From: Spirochaetia bacterium
Lineage (GTDB): Bacteria; Spirochaetota; Spirochaetia; CADAEX01
Assembly: GCA_963662265.2 (NCBI GenBank)
Contig: CAXXHA010000001.1
Coordinates: 128,001 to 192,000, forward strand
DNA: 64,000 nucleotides
Direction of reading: 5' to 3'
How positions within the stretch are numbered: position 1 is the stretch's first letter; each line of letters opens with the position of its first letter. This document shows positions 1 through 9,135 of this stretch, in pieces. The notes below the pieces were generated by a model that was not told the DNA's origin, did no database searches, and worked only from the letters and a program-made list of their open reading frames with translations. The position numbers and the translations under genes are program-made.

Positions 1-239
1 GAGCTTCTTGAGCCCCCATACATGGCGCCATAAAATATTCCACACATGATAATAAGAGAACCTACCGGCCCCAGCTGATATGTCATTGGCAGCAGTATTG
101 CAACACCGGTTCCTGCGCCTAAACCGGGAAGCATCCCGATTACAGTTCCAAGGATCCCCCCAATCATTACTAAAATCAAATTCTCAGGCTGCATTGCGAC
201 TGATAGACCATATAACAAGTTTTGCATTGTCTCTAACAT
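1..239 (-). CDS. tctA: Tripartite tricarboxylate transporter large permease, 5' part (runs off the window)
   Basis: Manual translation MLETMQNLLYGL...GTVIGMLPGLGAGTGVAILLP...YGAMYGGSRS has the TctA G-x-x-P-G-L and YGAMYGG motifs; lies directly after tctB. Confidence 0.9.
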   Translation of the reverse strand, partial: MLETMQNLLYGLSVAMQPENLILVMIGGILGTVIGMLPGLGAGTGVAILLPMTYQLGPVGSLIIMCGIFYGAMYGGSRS

Positions 240-256
240 TTCATTTCCACCTTATA

Positions 257-733
257 CTAAATCCTGATAAACGGTAAAGCGGGCAAAGGAATCCCCAAGC
301 CATTGACAAAAACAACATAAATACCAATAGAAAATACAAATGTAATTATGCAGTTTGATTTCCACTTTTCAACACCTCTTAATAAAAATAAAACCGATCC
401 TATAAAAAGAATAGTTGATATAACATATCCGGCTCTTTCAAATAAAAAAGCATATAACGAAGCACTTATGCATGTGTATGTTATCAGCCTGATTTGATAA
501 ATTTCTGAAACACTTCTTTGCTGTTTTTTTTCAAACATTTTCTTTTTTACTACTTCAATTATTACTAAGTACAATCCTAAAATTATTAATCCGACAGCAA
601 CTATACCAGGAAAAACAAGCGGAGCAAAAGGATTTCCAACAGTAGCTTTATCTGTATTCATGGTTAAAATTAAATATATTGCTCCGAAAATAAAACTGAA
701 AAAACCAGCAAGCATATTATGACTAAATGCCAT
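257..733 (-). CDS. tctB: Tripartite tricarboxylate transporter small subunit
   Basis: 158 aa hydrophobic protein with P-x-x-F-P and C-terminal L-G-I-P-L-P; lies between tctC and tctA. Confidence 0.85.
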   Translation of the reverse strand: MAFSHNMLAGFFSFIFGAIYLILTMNTDKATVGNPFAPLVFPGIVAVGLIILGLYLVIIEVVKKKMFEKKQQRSVSEIYQIRLITYTCISASLYAFLFERAGYVISTILFIGSVLFLLRGVEKWKSNCIITFVFSIGIYVVFVNGLGIPLPALPFIRI

Positions 734-803
734 TGTTAATTCTCCTCAAATTAAAAACTATACAGTGGTTTAATTTTTTAGCCACTGTATAGTTTTAGTA
801 AAA

Positions 804-1799
804 TTATTTTCCAAGCATTCCAAGTTCTTTTAATAAAACTTTATAGTCTTCATTGTTCTTCTCAATAAACGGAATATAGTCTTCCTGTGATATAAACATT
901 GCATTCCATCCGTTCTTTTTACAAATAGATTTCCATGCATCAGTTTCTACCATCTTTGAAAGAGTTTCTTCCCAATATTTCTGTACATCTTCAGACATTT
1001 CAGGAGGTCCGAAAATACCTCTCCAGTTAATAAAAGTAGCATCTATTCCCGATTCAATACATGTAGGGATTTCTGCCATTATTCCTGTTCCGATTCTGTC
1101 TTCTGAAGTAACTGCCAATGGTATTAAGTCTTTACTTTCAATCAGGCCTCTGGCATCAGCAATTCCTGATGAGAAAAGATCAGCATGTCCTCCAAGGACC
1201 ATAGCACCGCCAGCATTATCCTGCGCAGCTACATAGTCAATTTTACTCACGTTTTCAACACCTGCAGCTTTTGCAATCTTCAGGAACTGTAAATGGTCCA
1301 TACTCCCAATTGAAGATGTTCCTACAATTTTTACGCTTTTTATATCTTTTTTAAGAGCATCCATAACATCATTTATGGATTTATATTTTGAATCTTTGGA
1401 TACTGTAAAACATGCATAATCTGCAATAAGATTTGCAATCGGAGTAGTGTCTTTATAACTCAGTTCAGTTGATCCATTAAGATTTATCAGCAAAAGAGGT
1501 GGCGAGTAAACAGTGATCATATAATCATTTCCAGAATTCTGATTAGCAAGATAAGCCAAACCAACTCCGCCGCCGCCACCTGTCTTATTTGTAACAGGCA
1601 TTGGTTTATCAACAAGATTTTCTTTCTCAAGAACATTAGCTACAGATCTTATAGTTGTATCCCAACCGCCGCCGGCTCCTCCACCGCACAGAAAATCAAT
1701 TTTTTTCGATGGGTACTGAGAGTTGTCAGCACATGAAGCAATTAATAATAAAATAATTGTTACAATACATGCTTTAACAGCATTTTTCCTTTTAAACAT
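804..1799 (-). CDS. tctC: TTT substrate-binding lipoprotein (Bug/TctC)
   Basis: Lipobox IASC; motifs GGGWDT, NKTGGGG and NWRGIFGP. Confidence 0.92.
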   Translation of the reverse strand: MFKRKNAVKACIVTIILLLIASCADNSQYPSKKIDFLCGGGAGGGWDTTIRSVANVLEKENLVDKPMPVTNKTGGGGGVGLAYLANQNSGNDYMITVYSPPLLLINLNGSTELSYKDTTPIANLIADYACFTVSKDSKYKSINDVMDALKKDIKSVKIVGTSSIGSMDHLQFLKIAKAAGVENVSKIDYVAAQDNAGGAMVLGGHADLFSSGIADARGLIESKDLIPLAVTSEDRIGTGIMAEIPTCIESGIDATFINWRGIFGPPEMSEDVQKYWEETLSKMVETDAWKSICKKNGWNAMFISQEDYIPFIEKNNEDYKVLLKELGMLGK

Positions 1800-1827
1800 A
1801 ATTCAAATCCCTCCTGATTTTATTATA

Positions 1828-2151
1828 TTAACCAGATACCTCTACAAACATTAGAGGAACATGCTGCTGAGCAGCATGCATATCTGTTTCACCAACACTC
1901 CCCTGCATCCTGGGTCGCGGCAGTGTTATTTTTATTCCGTTTGCAATGTCGAAGTAAACAAAAGATATTATTTTTTCAATTGGAATATTATATAACTCTG
2001 AAATCAATTCCTTTGTTATTATCTTTTTATCCTTAACAGCCTGATAATCTTTTGAATCTTTAAATATTATATCCATGGTCATTTCAAAAGGTCCGGCATT
2101 TTTACTTCGGATAACTTTAGCAATATCCTTTAAATAAAGCTTTTTACTCAT
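1828..2151 (-). CDS. DUF4387 family protein
   Basis: IRSKNAGPFEMTMDIIF and ETDMHAAQQH motifs; likely start MSKK at 2151, abutting the upstream gene. Confidence 0.8.
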   Translation of the reverse strand: MSKKLYLKDIAKVIRSKNAGPFEMTMDIIFKDSKDYQAVKDKKIITKELISELYNIPIEKIISFVYFDIANGIKITLPRPRMQGSVGETDMHAAQQHVPLMFVEVSG

Positions 2152-2152
2152 C

Positions 2153-3514
2153 TTAAATCTCCACAACTTTAATTGGAAATACTTCTGCAGGATCATCAAT
2201 TTCCATTAAATGATAAATATTGAATTTACATACCTTACCCAGTGGTATTTCCAAAGGGGTAAAAGGTAATGCAACATTACCAGCAGTAGCAATTCGTCCC
2301 TCATACGGATTGTGCAATAAAGAAATACGGGCCTTATTACAAACAGCATCAGCCCTTTCTTTAGTTTCAGCAACAGCTTCTATAATGATACACAGCTCCA
2401 TTGGAGGATTATCCGATAAAGTCTCTAATTCCCCCATAACTCCGTTTTTGCCATAAACATGAAAAATAAGCTGAATTTTTTCTTCCAGTTCTTTAAAATA
2501 ATCTTTTACATCTGTCTCAATTTGTGTAATTACTTCATCGATTTGAGATATAAGGATGGGATCTCTAACACCTGCAATACTGATGCTGCGATAACCAATT
2601 ATTGAAGCACCTTCCAGTTTTACAGTATAATTACTTGAGGGTTTAAATTTACTGCCTGTTACTTTAACAGCTCTTTCTGAAAATTGTTCAAAGCTGCATT
2701 CGGACAGATCCAGACTTCCCCCCGGACCTGGCAATAAATAGGGATGAGTTTTTTCATACATTGTATGTGCAGCAACCGAATAGGTCTTACATTTCTGTTT
2801 TTCACTTAATGGTTCAATGACAAATCCATCTTTTTTAAGTGTTCCGAAAATTGTCCGTCCTGAAGGTTCTGCACAAAGAGCACCACATTCCATAATTTTA
2901 CCCATGTGCCAGCACAATCCAGGATCAAAACCTTTCTTAATACCCAGAACAGCTATAGGAACGGGATCATATGCTCTTCCGGATATTATTATATCAAAAT
3001 ACCCATGTTCATCCAGCGCCTTTATATAAGGTTCAATCCCCATCTGTGCAACAATTGCTTCAGCATCATCAACATCCTGTTCTGTTAAATCGGGAACAGG
3101 ACCACAGGGGGTTATTTTCCCTTCTTCCATCTTTTTCTTTATAAGAGATTTATCAATATCACTGTAAATCAAGCACATCTTTACTTTGTAATCTTTCTTT
3201 GATGCTATTGCCCTTACAATTTCTGCAAATAAATCAACATGAATATTAGTTCCATCGCCACCTGCAGAACTTATATAAACTGGAATCTTATGTTTTAGTC
3301 CCGCAGATAATAGAATGTCAATTTCCCTATAATAAGATTCATATGAACAGGTCATATCACCAAGAGCTAATTTATGCGGACCGCTATCTGTCGATCCGGA
3401 ATCAACAGAGATAACGTCCGGATTCTTACTTAAGCCTCTTTTAAAATCTTCTATAGGAAAGCCGTAACCCAGCATACTAGTCGGAGTAAGTATTCTTATC
3501 TCTTCTTTATCCAT
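2153..3514 (-). CDS. AtuA-like (DUF1446) protein
   Basis: Motifs MLGYGF, DSGSTDSGP, GRAYDP, WHMGKIMECGALCAEP and HTMYEK; likely start MDKEE after an AGGAGG RBS. Confidence 0.8.
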   Translation of the reverse strand: MDKEEIRILTPTSMLGYGFPIEDFKRGLSKNPDVISVDSGSTDSGPHKLALGDMTCSYESYYREIDILLSAGLKHKIPVYISSAGGDGTNIHVDLFAEIVRAIASKKDYKVKMCLIYSDIDKSLIKKKMEEGKITPCGPVPDLTEQDVDDAEAIVAQMGIEPYIKALDEHGYFDIIISGRAYDPVPIAVLGIKKGFDPGLCWHMGKIMECGALCAEPSGRTIFGTLKKDGFVIEPLSEKQKCKTYSVAAHTMYEKTHPYLLPGPGGSLDLSECSFEQFSERAVKVTGSKFKPSSNYTVKLEGASIIGYRSISIAGVRDPILISQIDEVITQIETDVKDYFKELEEKIQLIFHVYGKNGVMGELETLSDNPPMELCIIIEAVAETKERADAVCNKARISLLHNPYEGRIATAGNVALPFTPLEIPLGKVCKFNIYHLMEIDDPAEVFPIKVVEI

Positions 3515-3614
3515 ATTAGTTAACCTCCTACTCGAGTAATGTATTACCTTAATTAAGTAGGTCAATTATACAGGAAGAAGGTCATAAGCCCTAATACTAT
3601 TATCATGTAGTATC

Positions 3615-3632
3615 TATAGGCAAACGCCTATA
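3615..3632. promoter_or_regulatory. LysR-type T-N11-A palindrome upstream of the atuA-like operon
   Basis: TATAGGCAAACGCCTATA, about 100 bp upstream of the start codon. Confidence 0.45.
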
Positions 3633-3849
3633 TTGTCAATAAAAGTGATTGTTAGAAGCAGGATAATGGAATTTCAACAGGGACACTTAAAATTATTTTT
3701 ACAGACTTTTTTTGATAGTATACTTTTTCAACAATTGACTTTTAAATCTTGTACATCGCCAAAAATTTCAGACTAGAGGTCTTAATTCTGAAGCGATACT
3801 TTTTGTAATTATGGCACATTAAAACAGATTCTTCTCTTCAAAAATATTA

Positions 3850-4130
3850 TTCAGAAGGAGTAATATTCAAAATTGCTTGCTGACGAACTTATCTTATGAA
3901 TCCTTTCATCATGAGCATTCATGTTTGGAGCTCATATTCCAGTTCGAACACCAGTTATTCCATAAACTGAATAATATAAAGTTGTATATTTAGATTCATT
4001 ATCATGAATCTAATAAGCTTCTTCAGAATCAAGAAAATCTTAAAAGCCTATTATTTGCTGCTGACAAACTCTCTTGTCGGTTGTTCTGTTATTCACCACT
4101 GTACTAATCTGCGGGATTTTAATGTTACTG
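3850..4130 (-). mobile_element. Eroded integrase-core (rve-type) transposase fragment
   Basis: Translation with stops and one shift: KSRRLVQW*ITEQPTREFV.QQI...IHDNESKY...GVRTGI*APNMNAHDER. Confidence 0.7.
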
Positions 4131-4190
4131 CAGGTCAATTTGCAATGGAATGTAGGATGTGATGTCCAATATTAACAATATAATACATTT

Positions 4191-4700
4191 GTGTTAAAAT
4201 ATTACCTTATTAAAAATAAAGAGAAATCTTTGTCTATTAAAAAATTATTATTACTAATTATTGTACATACATTATTCTTATCATGTGAATCATCAACTTC
4301 AGGAAAAGATGGAACAATTACACTAACTGTATTAAATTCACCCGATACCAGCTCCAAATTTATTTATAAAATCTATAATGCTGATGATGTAGATTTCACA
4401 GGTACATATCCAGCAGCTAAATCAGGAACAACACCAATTATTGAAGGTGATTTTATTCTCTCAGATACAACTTCATTTAATTCAACATTAAAAGATCCAA
4501 ATAATTTATCTGTGGAATACACATTCCCGACAGGAGAATATGCAGTTCTTTTTACAATTGATTCCTTACCAGTTACTATTGATTTAAATAACATGGCAGG
4601 GACTGTTGAGACAGGTGATGGCGGTGATGGTCCAAAAATTACTGTCGATGGAGACAGCTCACTGACAATTAATTATAATTCACTTGCATGGAAAATCTAA
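4191..4700 (+). CDS. Hypothetical lipoprotein
   Basis: Signal KKLLLLIIVHTLFLSC followed by a Ser/Thr-rich, beta-strand-like body; start codon uncertain. Confidence 0.6.
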   Translation: MLKYYLIKNKEKSLSIKKLLLLIIVHTLFLSCESSTSGKDGTITLTVLNSPDTSSKFIYKIYNADDVDFTGTYPAAKSGTTPIIEGDFILSDTTSFNSTLKDPNNLSVEYTFPTGEYAVLFTIDSLPVTIDLNNMAGTVETGDGGDGPKITVDGDSSLTINYNSLAWKI

Positions 4701-5009
4701 ATATGTGGAAATGATAAGCAGGATTCTTATAATAGATTTTACGTTATCATTTCCCATATCATTGCACAACTAAGTCTATAAAAAATCATTCATGGGTATT
4801 GTGAGGATGTCAGTCAGAAACTAATTCAATAATACTCCCCTCTCCAGAGTGAGTATTATAAAGATTTCAAATATACAGAAACCACCTGGTGTAATTATTT
4901 TTGTTAAAACAGCATTCAACCTGCAGATCCTGATCTTTTATAAAAAAACAACCGCAGATATAGTGTTGCAACAATATGATCCTGAAACTGAATACATTGA
5001 AAATTAGAG

Positions 5010-5357
5010 TTATCCGAAGTATTTCCCCTTATAAAAATTCTCATTTCCAAATTTCTTTGCAGTCATCCTAAACATAATGCAACCATCCGGGCATACTATT
5101 TCCTTGCAATATTTACTATTACCACCGATTTTTTCTAAATCACCGCCACTTCTGACCGCCTCCATGATTGAGAACATCATCATCATTACTTTTGAACAAA
5201 TACCGTAACCGTCTTTATTTACAAGGCAGCCATAAGTACAGGTGTACTTATCTCCTATTTCTTCACCGTTTCAGCAATACCGTTCTGTTTGATTACCTCA
5301 AAGAAAACCTGTTACCTCGATTTCCCATTCATACGCCTCATCATACCATTTCTTCAT
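5010..5357 (-). pseudogene. TIGR04076-family protein, disrupted
   Basis: MKKWYDEAYEWEIEVTGFL*...GDKYTCTYGC.VNKDGYGICSK...EAVRSGGDLE...CPDGC...GNENFYKGKYFG*; two in-frame TGA codons plus indels; GGAGG RBS present. Confidence 0.7.
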
Positions 5358-5441
5358 GATAAACCTCCAAATAACTTTTCGTTTGCTGATAAAAGATTAT
5401 TAATAGGTATATTGATAATCGCTGATATATTTCTATAAAAA

Positions 5442-6683
5442 TCAATTATTCTTCTTTGCCCTTGCACTGATAATTTTCCTAATAAAGGACTCAGATATGT
5501 TTTCTTCTGAAGATTCTGACTCAACAAGAAATCTAGCAGATTCATCGTTCCAGTTCCATGAGCTAAGCTGTACTATTTCAGGTTTTTTATCAACTCCATA
5601 TATCTGCATAGCCCATTGATCTGTTTTTTTGACTGTTTTCCCCAAATCAATATATTTTTCCATTATTATCCAGTCAGGTTTTTCATAGACCTCTGGATTT
5701 GCAGAAACAGGAGAAAGTATCACATTAATCATTGATGGATTGGAAAGTTCCGATGCTTCATCCTTATATGATATATGAAGCTTTCTACTCAGAACACCTG
5801 AAGAGTAATATTCTTCAATAGTTTTTGTAAATATTTTGAAAACCTTAGTGGGATTTTCAGTATGTATAATTTCAGGAAGATATATATCAAATCCAAGCTC
5901 CTTTTCCAGTTTTGTATTCTTTGTCATTCCCCTGTATTTAAATATTGAAACAGGAGAGGATTTCATCTTATTTAATTCTTCAGGAGCTGCCGCCCTTCTA
6001 ACAAGTACTGGTTTCTTATCCTGTTCATCAGAACTGTTTCCTGATTCAAGAAACCAGAAAGCTTCCTGACTGTCATACCATGAATCCAGATATTTTTTTC
6101 TGTGCTCAGCTTCAAAATAAGCCATCTGGTCCTGATTTTCAGGTTTCCAATCACCTATTGAAGCTCCCCCATCGGAAGTAGAATAGGAGATATACCAATC
6201 AACTTTTTTTAGATTAAGGTCATTTCGAAAAACAAGCGATTTTTCGGCTTTATCAAAATAATAGTCATATCTATCTATACCAAGTCTGTTATCAAGAATT
6301 ACAAGGATATCATTATCTTTATCAATGTTGTTTAATATAAATGTATTTGGGAAATTAATATTACCTTCAACAGTGATAATATAATCTGAAAAAGAAATAT
6401 CACTCAAAAGGATTAATTCGGTAGTAGTCTCATTGTATTTCCAGTCCCCGGGAGAGAGTTCAGTTTTTCTTGAACGATCAGAACTGTTTGTTATTATTAC
6501 TTTCTGGATATCACTGAAAAGCCATGTTGTGTATATTTCCCCTTTTGTATTCTTTCCTGTGTTAAGAGAGACTGATGTGTCTTTATGCATTCCCGGAGCT
6601 GTTGCGCAGGATATGACTACACTTCCTGTTACAAGCATAAGCATTCCCAAAAAGCAGATTGATCTTAGAATTATTTTCTTCAT
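5442..6683 (-). CDS. Hypothetical lipoprotein
   Basis: Long ORF; likely start MKKIIL after GAGG; lipobox VVISC; no recognisable domain. Confidence 0.65.
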   Translation of the reverse strand: MKKIILRSICFLGMLMLVTGSVVISCATAPGMHKDTSVSLNTGKNTKGEIYTTWLFSDIQKVIITNSSDRSRKTELSPGDWKYNETTTELILLSDISFSDYIITVEGNINFPNTFILNNIDKDNDILVILDNRLGIDRYDYYFDKAEKSLVFRNDLNLKKVDWYISYSTSDGGASIGDWKPENQDQMAYFEAEHRKKYLDSWYDSQEAFWFLESGNSSDEQDKKPVLVRRAAAPEELNKMKSSPVSIFKYRGMTKNTKLEKELGFDIYLPEIIHTENPTKVFKIFTKTIEEYYSSGVLSRKLHISYKDEASELSNPSMINVILSPVSANPEVYEKPDWIIMEKYIDLGKTVKKTDQWAMQIYGVDKKPEIVQLSSWNWNDESARFLVESESSEENISESFIRKIISARAKKNN

Positions 6684-6735
6684 AGAATTATACCTCTTGT
6701 CAGATATGTTATCTCCCTTGTCAGTTATTCTGGTA

Positions 6736-7554
6736 TCAGTCAAAAGTATGGTTTTCATCTTTTTTATACAAAGTAGATGCCTGAAGACGGTTTCTTGATC
6801 CGGTTTTTCTGAAAATTGCGGAAATATGAGTTTTTACAGTTGAAACAGAAATATAAAGACTATCTGCAATTTCATCATTGGTTTTTCCACTGGCAATCAG
6901 AGACAATACTTCCGTTTCTCTTTTGGAAAGCTTACAACGCTCAGCCACATTAAATTTATTGGGGGGGAGATGCTTTGAAAACTTGTAAATAGTATCGAAA
7001 AAACATACTCCAAAAACTGACAATCGGATAACTGTAGATATGAAACCGGGTATTATTTCTACTGCAAAAAGAACTCCCAAAAAAAACTGAACTGCAGATA
7101 ACCAGAACCATATTAATCCTGACTGTCTGTTTCTTTTTTCATCATCTGCCCTGAGCTGGTCTCTATATATAAGAAACATAAGAAATATCCAGATCAGTAT
7201 GTCAACAAATCCTGTGAACAACTGTAATTTCTGAAGAGACATATTCAATATCACCATGGCTGAGAACATTAAGACAGGAAGAAATGCAATTGAAAACTCT
7301 TTCAGAAAAAACTCCTTTCTCCCTGATTGCAACAATATAGCTCTATTATAAAAATAGGCTGTACAGCAAATAAAATAAATCTTTATAGCCTGTATAAATC
7401 TGTATCCCGATGCATTGGGCAAATTGCTCAGCCATTTTGGAGTACTCCACGTATAAAGGAGAGTTGTTATCATGTAAAAAAACACTGAAGTTGAAAAACA
7501 AAGAAACAGGATAATAAATGTATTTTTTTTATTTTCATTGTTTGTGAATAACAT
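6736..7554 (-). CDS. Membrane-anchored LuxR-family regulator
   Basis: About six hydrophobic segments, then LSKRETEVL...GKTNDEIADSLYISVSTVKTH (LuxR HTH). Confidence 0.85.
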   Translation of the reverse strand: MLFTNNENKKNTFIILFLCFSTSVFFYMITTLLYTWSTPKWLSNLPNASGYRFIQAIKIYFICCTAYFYNRAILLQSGRKEFFLKEFSIAFLPVLMFSAMVILNMSLQKLQLFTGFVDILIWIFLMFLIYRDQLRADDEKRNRQSGLIWFWLSAVQFFLGVLFAVEIIPGFISTVIRLSVFGVCFFDTIYKFSKHLPPNKFNVAERCKLSKRETEVLSLIASGKTNDEIADSLYISVSTVKTHISAIFRKTGSRNRLQASTLYKKDENHTFD

Positions 7555-7699
7555 ATTTCACACCTTTCATAAGGAGTTATAACAATAATTTCAATCTGTT
7601 GGAATAAGAGTATTGCATCCAGAGTCAATGCTTTTATAAAATTATCGACAGACATGAATATGCAATATTACAATGATCATGAAGTCTGTTTCAGTTCAA

Positions 7700-8188
7700 T
7701 TATTCCAGAACAGTCTCTTCTGATATTACTATTCCATCTTTATAAATTACTATTTTCTTATACTTCATTTCATTGCTGCTTACATTGATCAGAGATGGAT
7801 CATGAAATGTTATCTCTTTCACTAATTGATTTTTTAAATAATATGAAAGGCTTTTATAAACACCTTGCATCTTGGTAGCTTCAGATAACTTGAAAAATCT
7901 TTCAACAGATATCAAATCCCTATTTTTCTTGCTGAAATATGTTATATGAAGAAAATAGGGAACTTCTTTAAGAGTAGCAAATCCATATTTTTCTTCAATC
8001 ATTATGAGATTATTTTCTTTATCATAGACTTTTTTAATATATTCACGATATGATTTATCATCAGGAACCATAACTATTGTCTGTCCACCAAGACTATTCT
8101 TTTTTACGATTTCCTCGGCAAATACGCCAGGTATCCTCATAACAAGCAACAAAATTATTATTACTTTCACATTCTGTAGAATACCCAT
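7700..8188 (-). CDS. Hypothetical secreted protein
   Basis: 162 aa ORF with signal-like N-terminus ending VFA; overlaps the upstream ORF. Confidence 0.5.
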   Translation of the reverse strand: MGILQNVKVIIILLLVMRIPGVFAEEIVKKNSLGGQTIVMVPDDKSYREYIKKVYDKENNLIMIEEKYGFATLKEVPYFLHITYFSKKNRDLISVERFFKLSEATKMQGVYKSLSYYLKNQLVKEITFHDPSLINVSSNEMKYKKIVIYKDGIVISEETVLE

Positions 8189-8529
8189 TCAAGATCCTCT
8201 GGAGAATTCATTCTTTTATATATTTTATACATACGCAATTCATAGTTACCATTGAGATACATAACCAGATCCTCAGTTTCATCGTAATTAATTCTCAAAC
8301 AGTCATCTATTATTTCGCCATTTCTTTGATAATTATAATTATCATGAAATAAAGTTACGTTATAAGATGTATCTCCTTTTTTTGTAATTAATATTTTACG
8401 TATAATAAAATTATCAGACCAATATTCATATTCACCGACCAGAGGATCATTTCCCTGACACAATGTTGTAAAAAGAAAAAACAGTAATAAATATTTAAAA
8501 ATATTAAGACTTTTGAACTTTTTATGCAT
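8167..8529 (-). CDS. Hypothetical secreted or lipoprotein
   Basis: Likely start MHKKF at 8529, because the longer extension lies inside an IS remnant; hydrophobic signal followed by C. Confidence 0.5.
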   Translation of the reverse strand: MHKKFKSLNIFKYLLLFFLFTTLCQGNDPLVGEYEYWSDNFIIRKILITKKGDTSYNVTLFHDNYNYQRNGEIIDDCLRINYDETEDLVMYLNGNYELRMYKIYKRMNSPEDLEWVFYRM

Positions 8530-8545
8530 ATTTAACCTACAAATA

Positions 8546-8815
8546 CCCGTATCGATGAAAAACCACATCCACACCTTTTCAATGTAGAACATCTATAATA
8601 ACGGTGATTTAATTCTAATAAAACAGAGTCATACACCACTTTTATCATATTCATTAACAAGCTTCGTCGGGAATATCATCAATACTCTTACGATGCCTGT
8701 ATTCATTATAGGAGTTAAAGCATTCATCCACAATCCTTTTTATCTGTTGCTTTACAAACTCTCTTGCAAGATATTCTGTTATTATCGATTGTACGAATCT
8801 ACAGGATTTAAGCAG
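8546..8815 (-). mobile_element. Internally deleted remnant of the same rve-type IS, with a putative right end
   Basis: ITEYLAREFVKQQI joined to KRIVDECFNSYNEYRHRKSI and KVVYDSVLLELNHRYYRCST; DNA similarity to the copies near 4060, 10450 and 45540. Confidence 0.65.
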
Positions 8816-9135
8816 TAATATTATCTTTGTCAAAATAAACTATCTATTACGAAAAATCTGTTTCAAATGATAATTCAGGTGGATTATTATAATTTATTTT
8901 TCGATCAGACTTAATAAAATTCTAAAATGAAATAATAAGTACAAACTAAAAACTTAAACAATAACGCTAACAATTACCATATTAGTTATATGCAATTATA
9001 TAAGCGTCACATAACCTTTACTTATTAATTATAGAAAATTAATAACTTTAAATTATGTAAAGTTATTAATTTTTATATTTTAATATCTCATAGTTATGGT
9101 ACAATAGATAATTAATATGAAATGAGGATTACATC

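Noticed and set aside
5250-5305. TGA recoding (selenocysteine or alternative code) in the TIGR04076-like gene
   Set aside because: The TGAs accompany indels and seem to replace Arg rather than Cys; other genes in the window use TGA as a normal stop.
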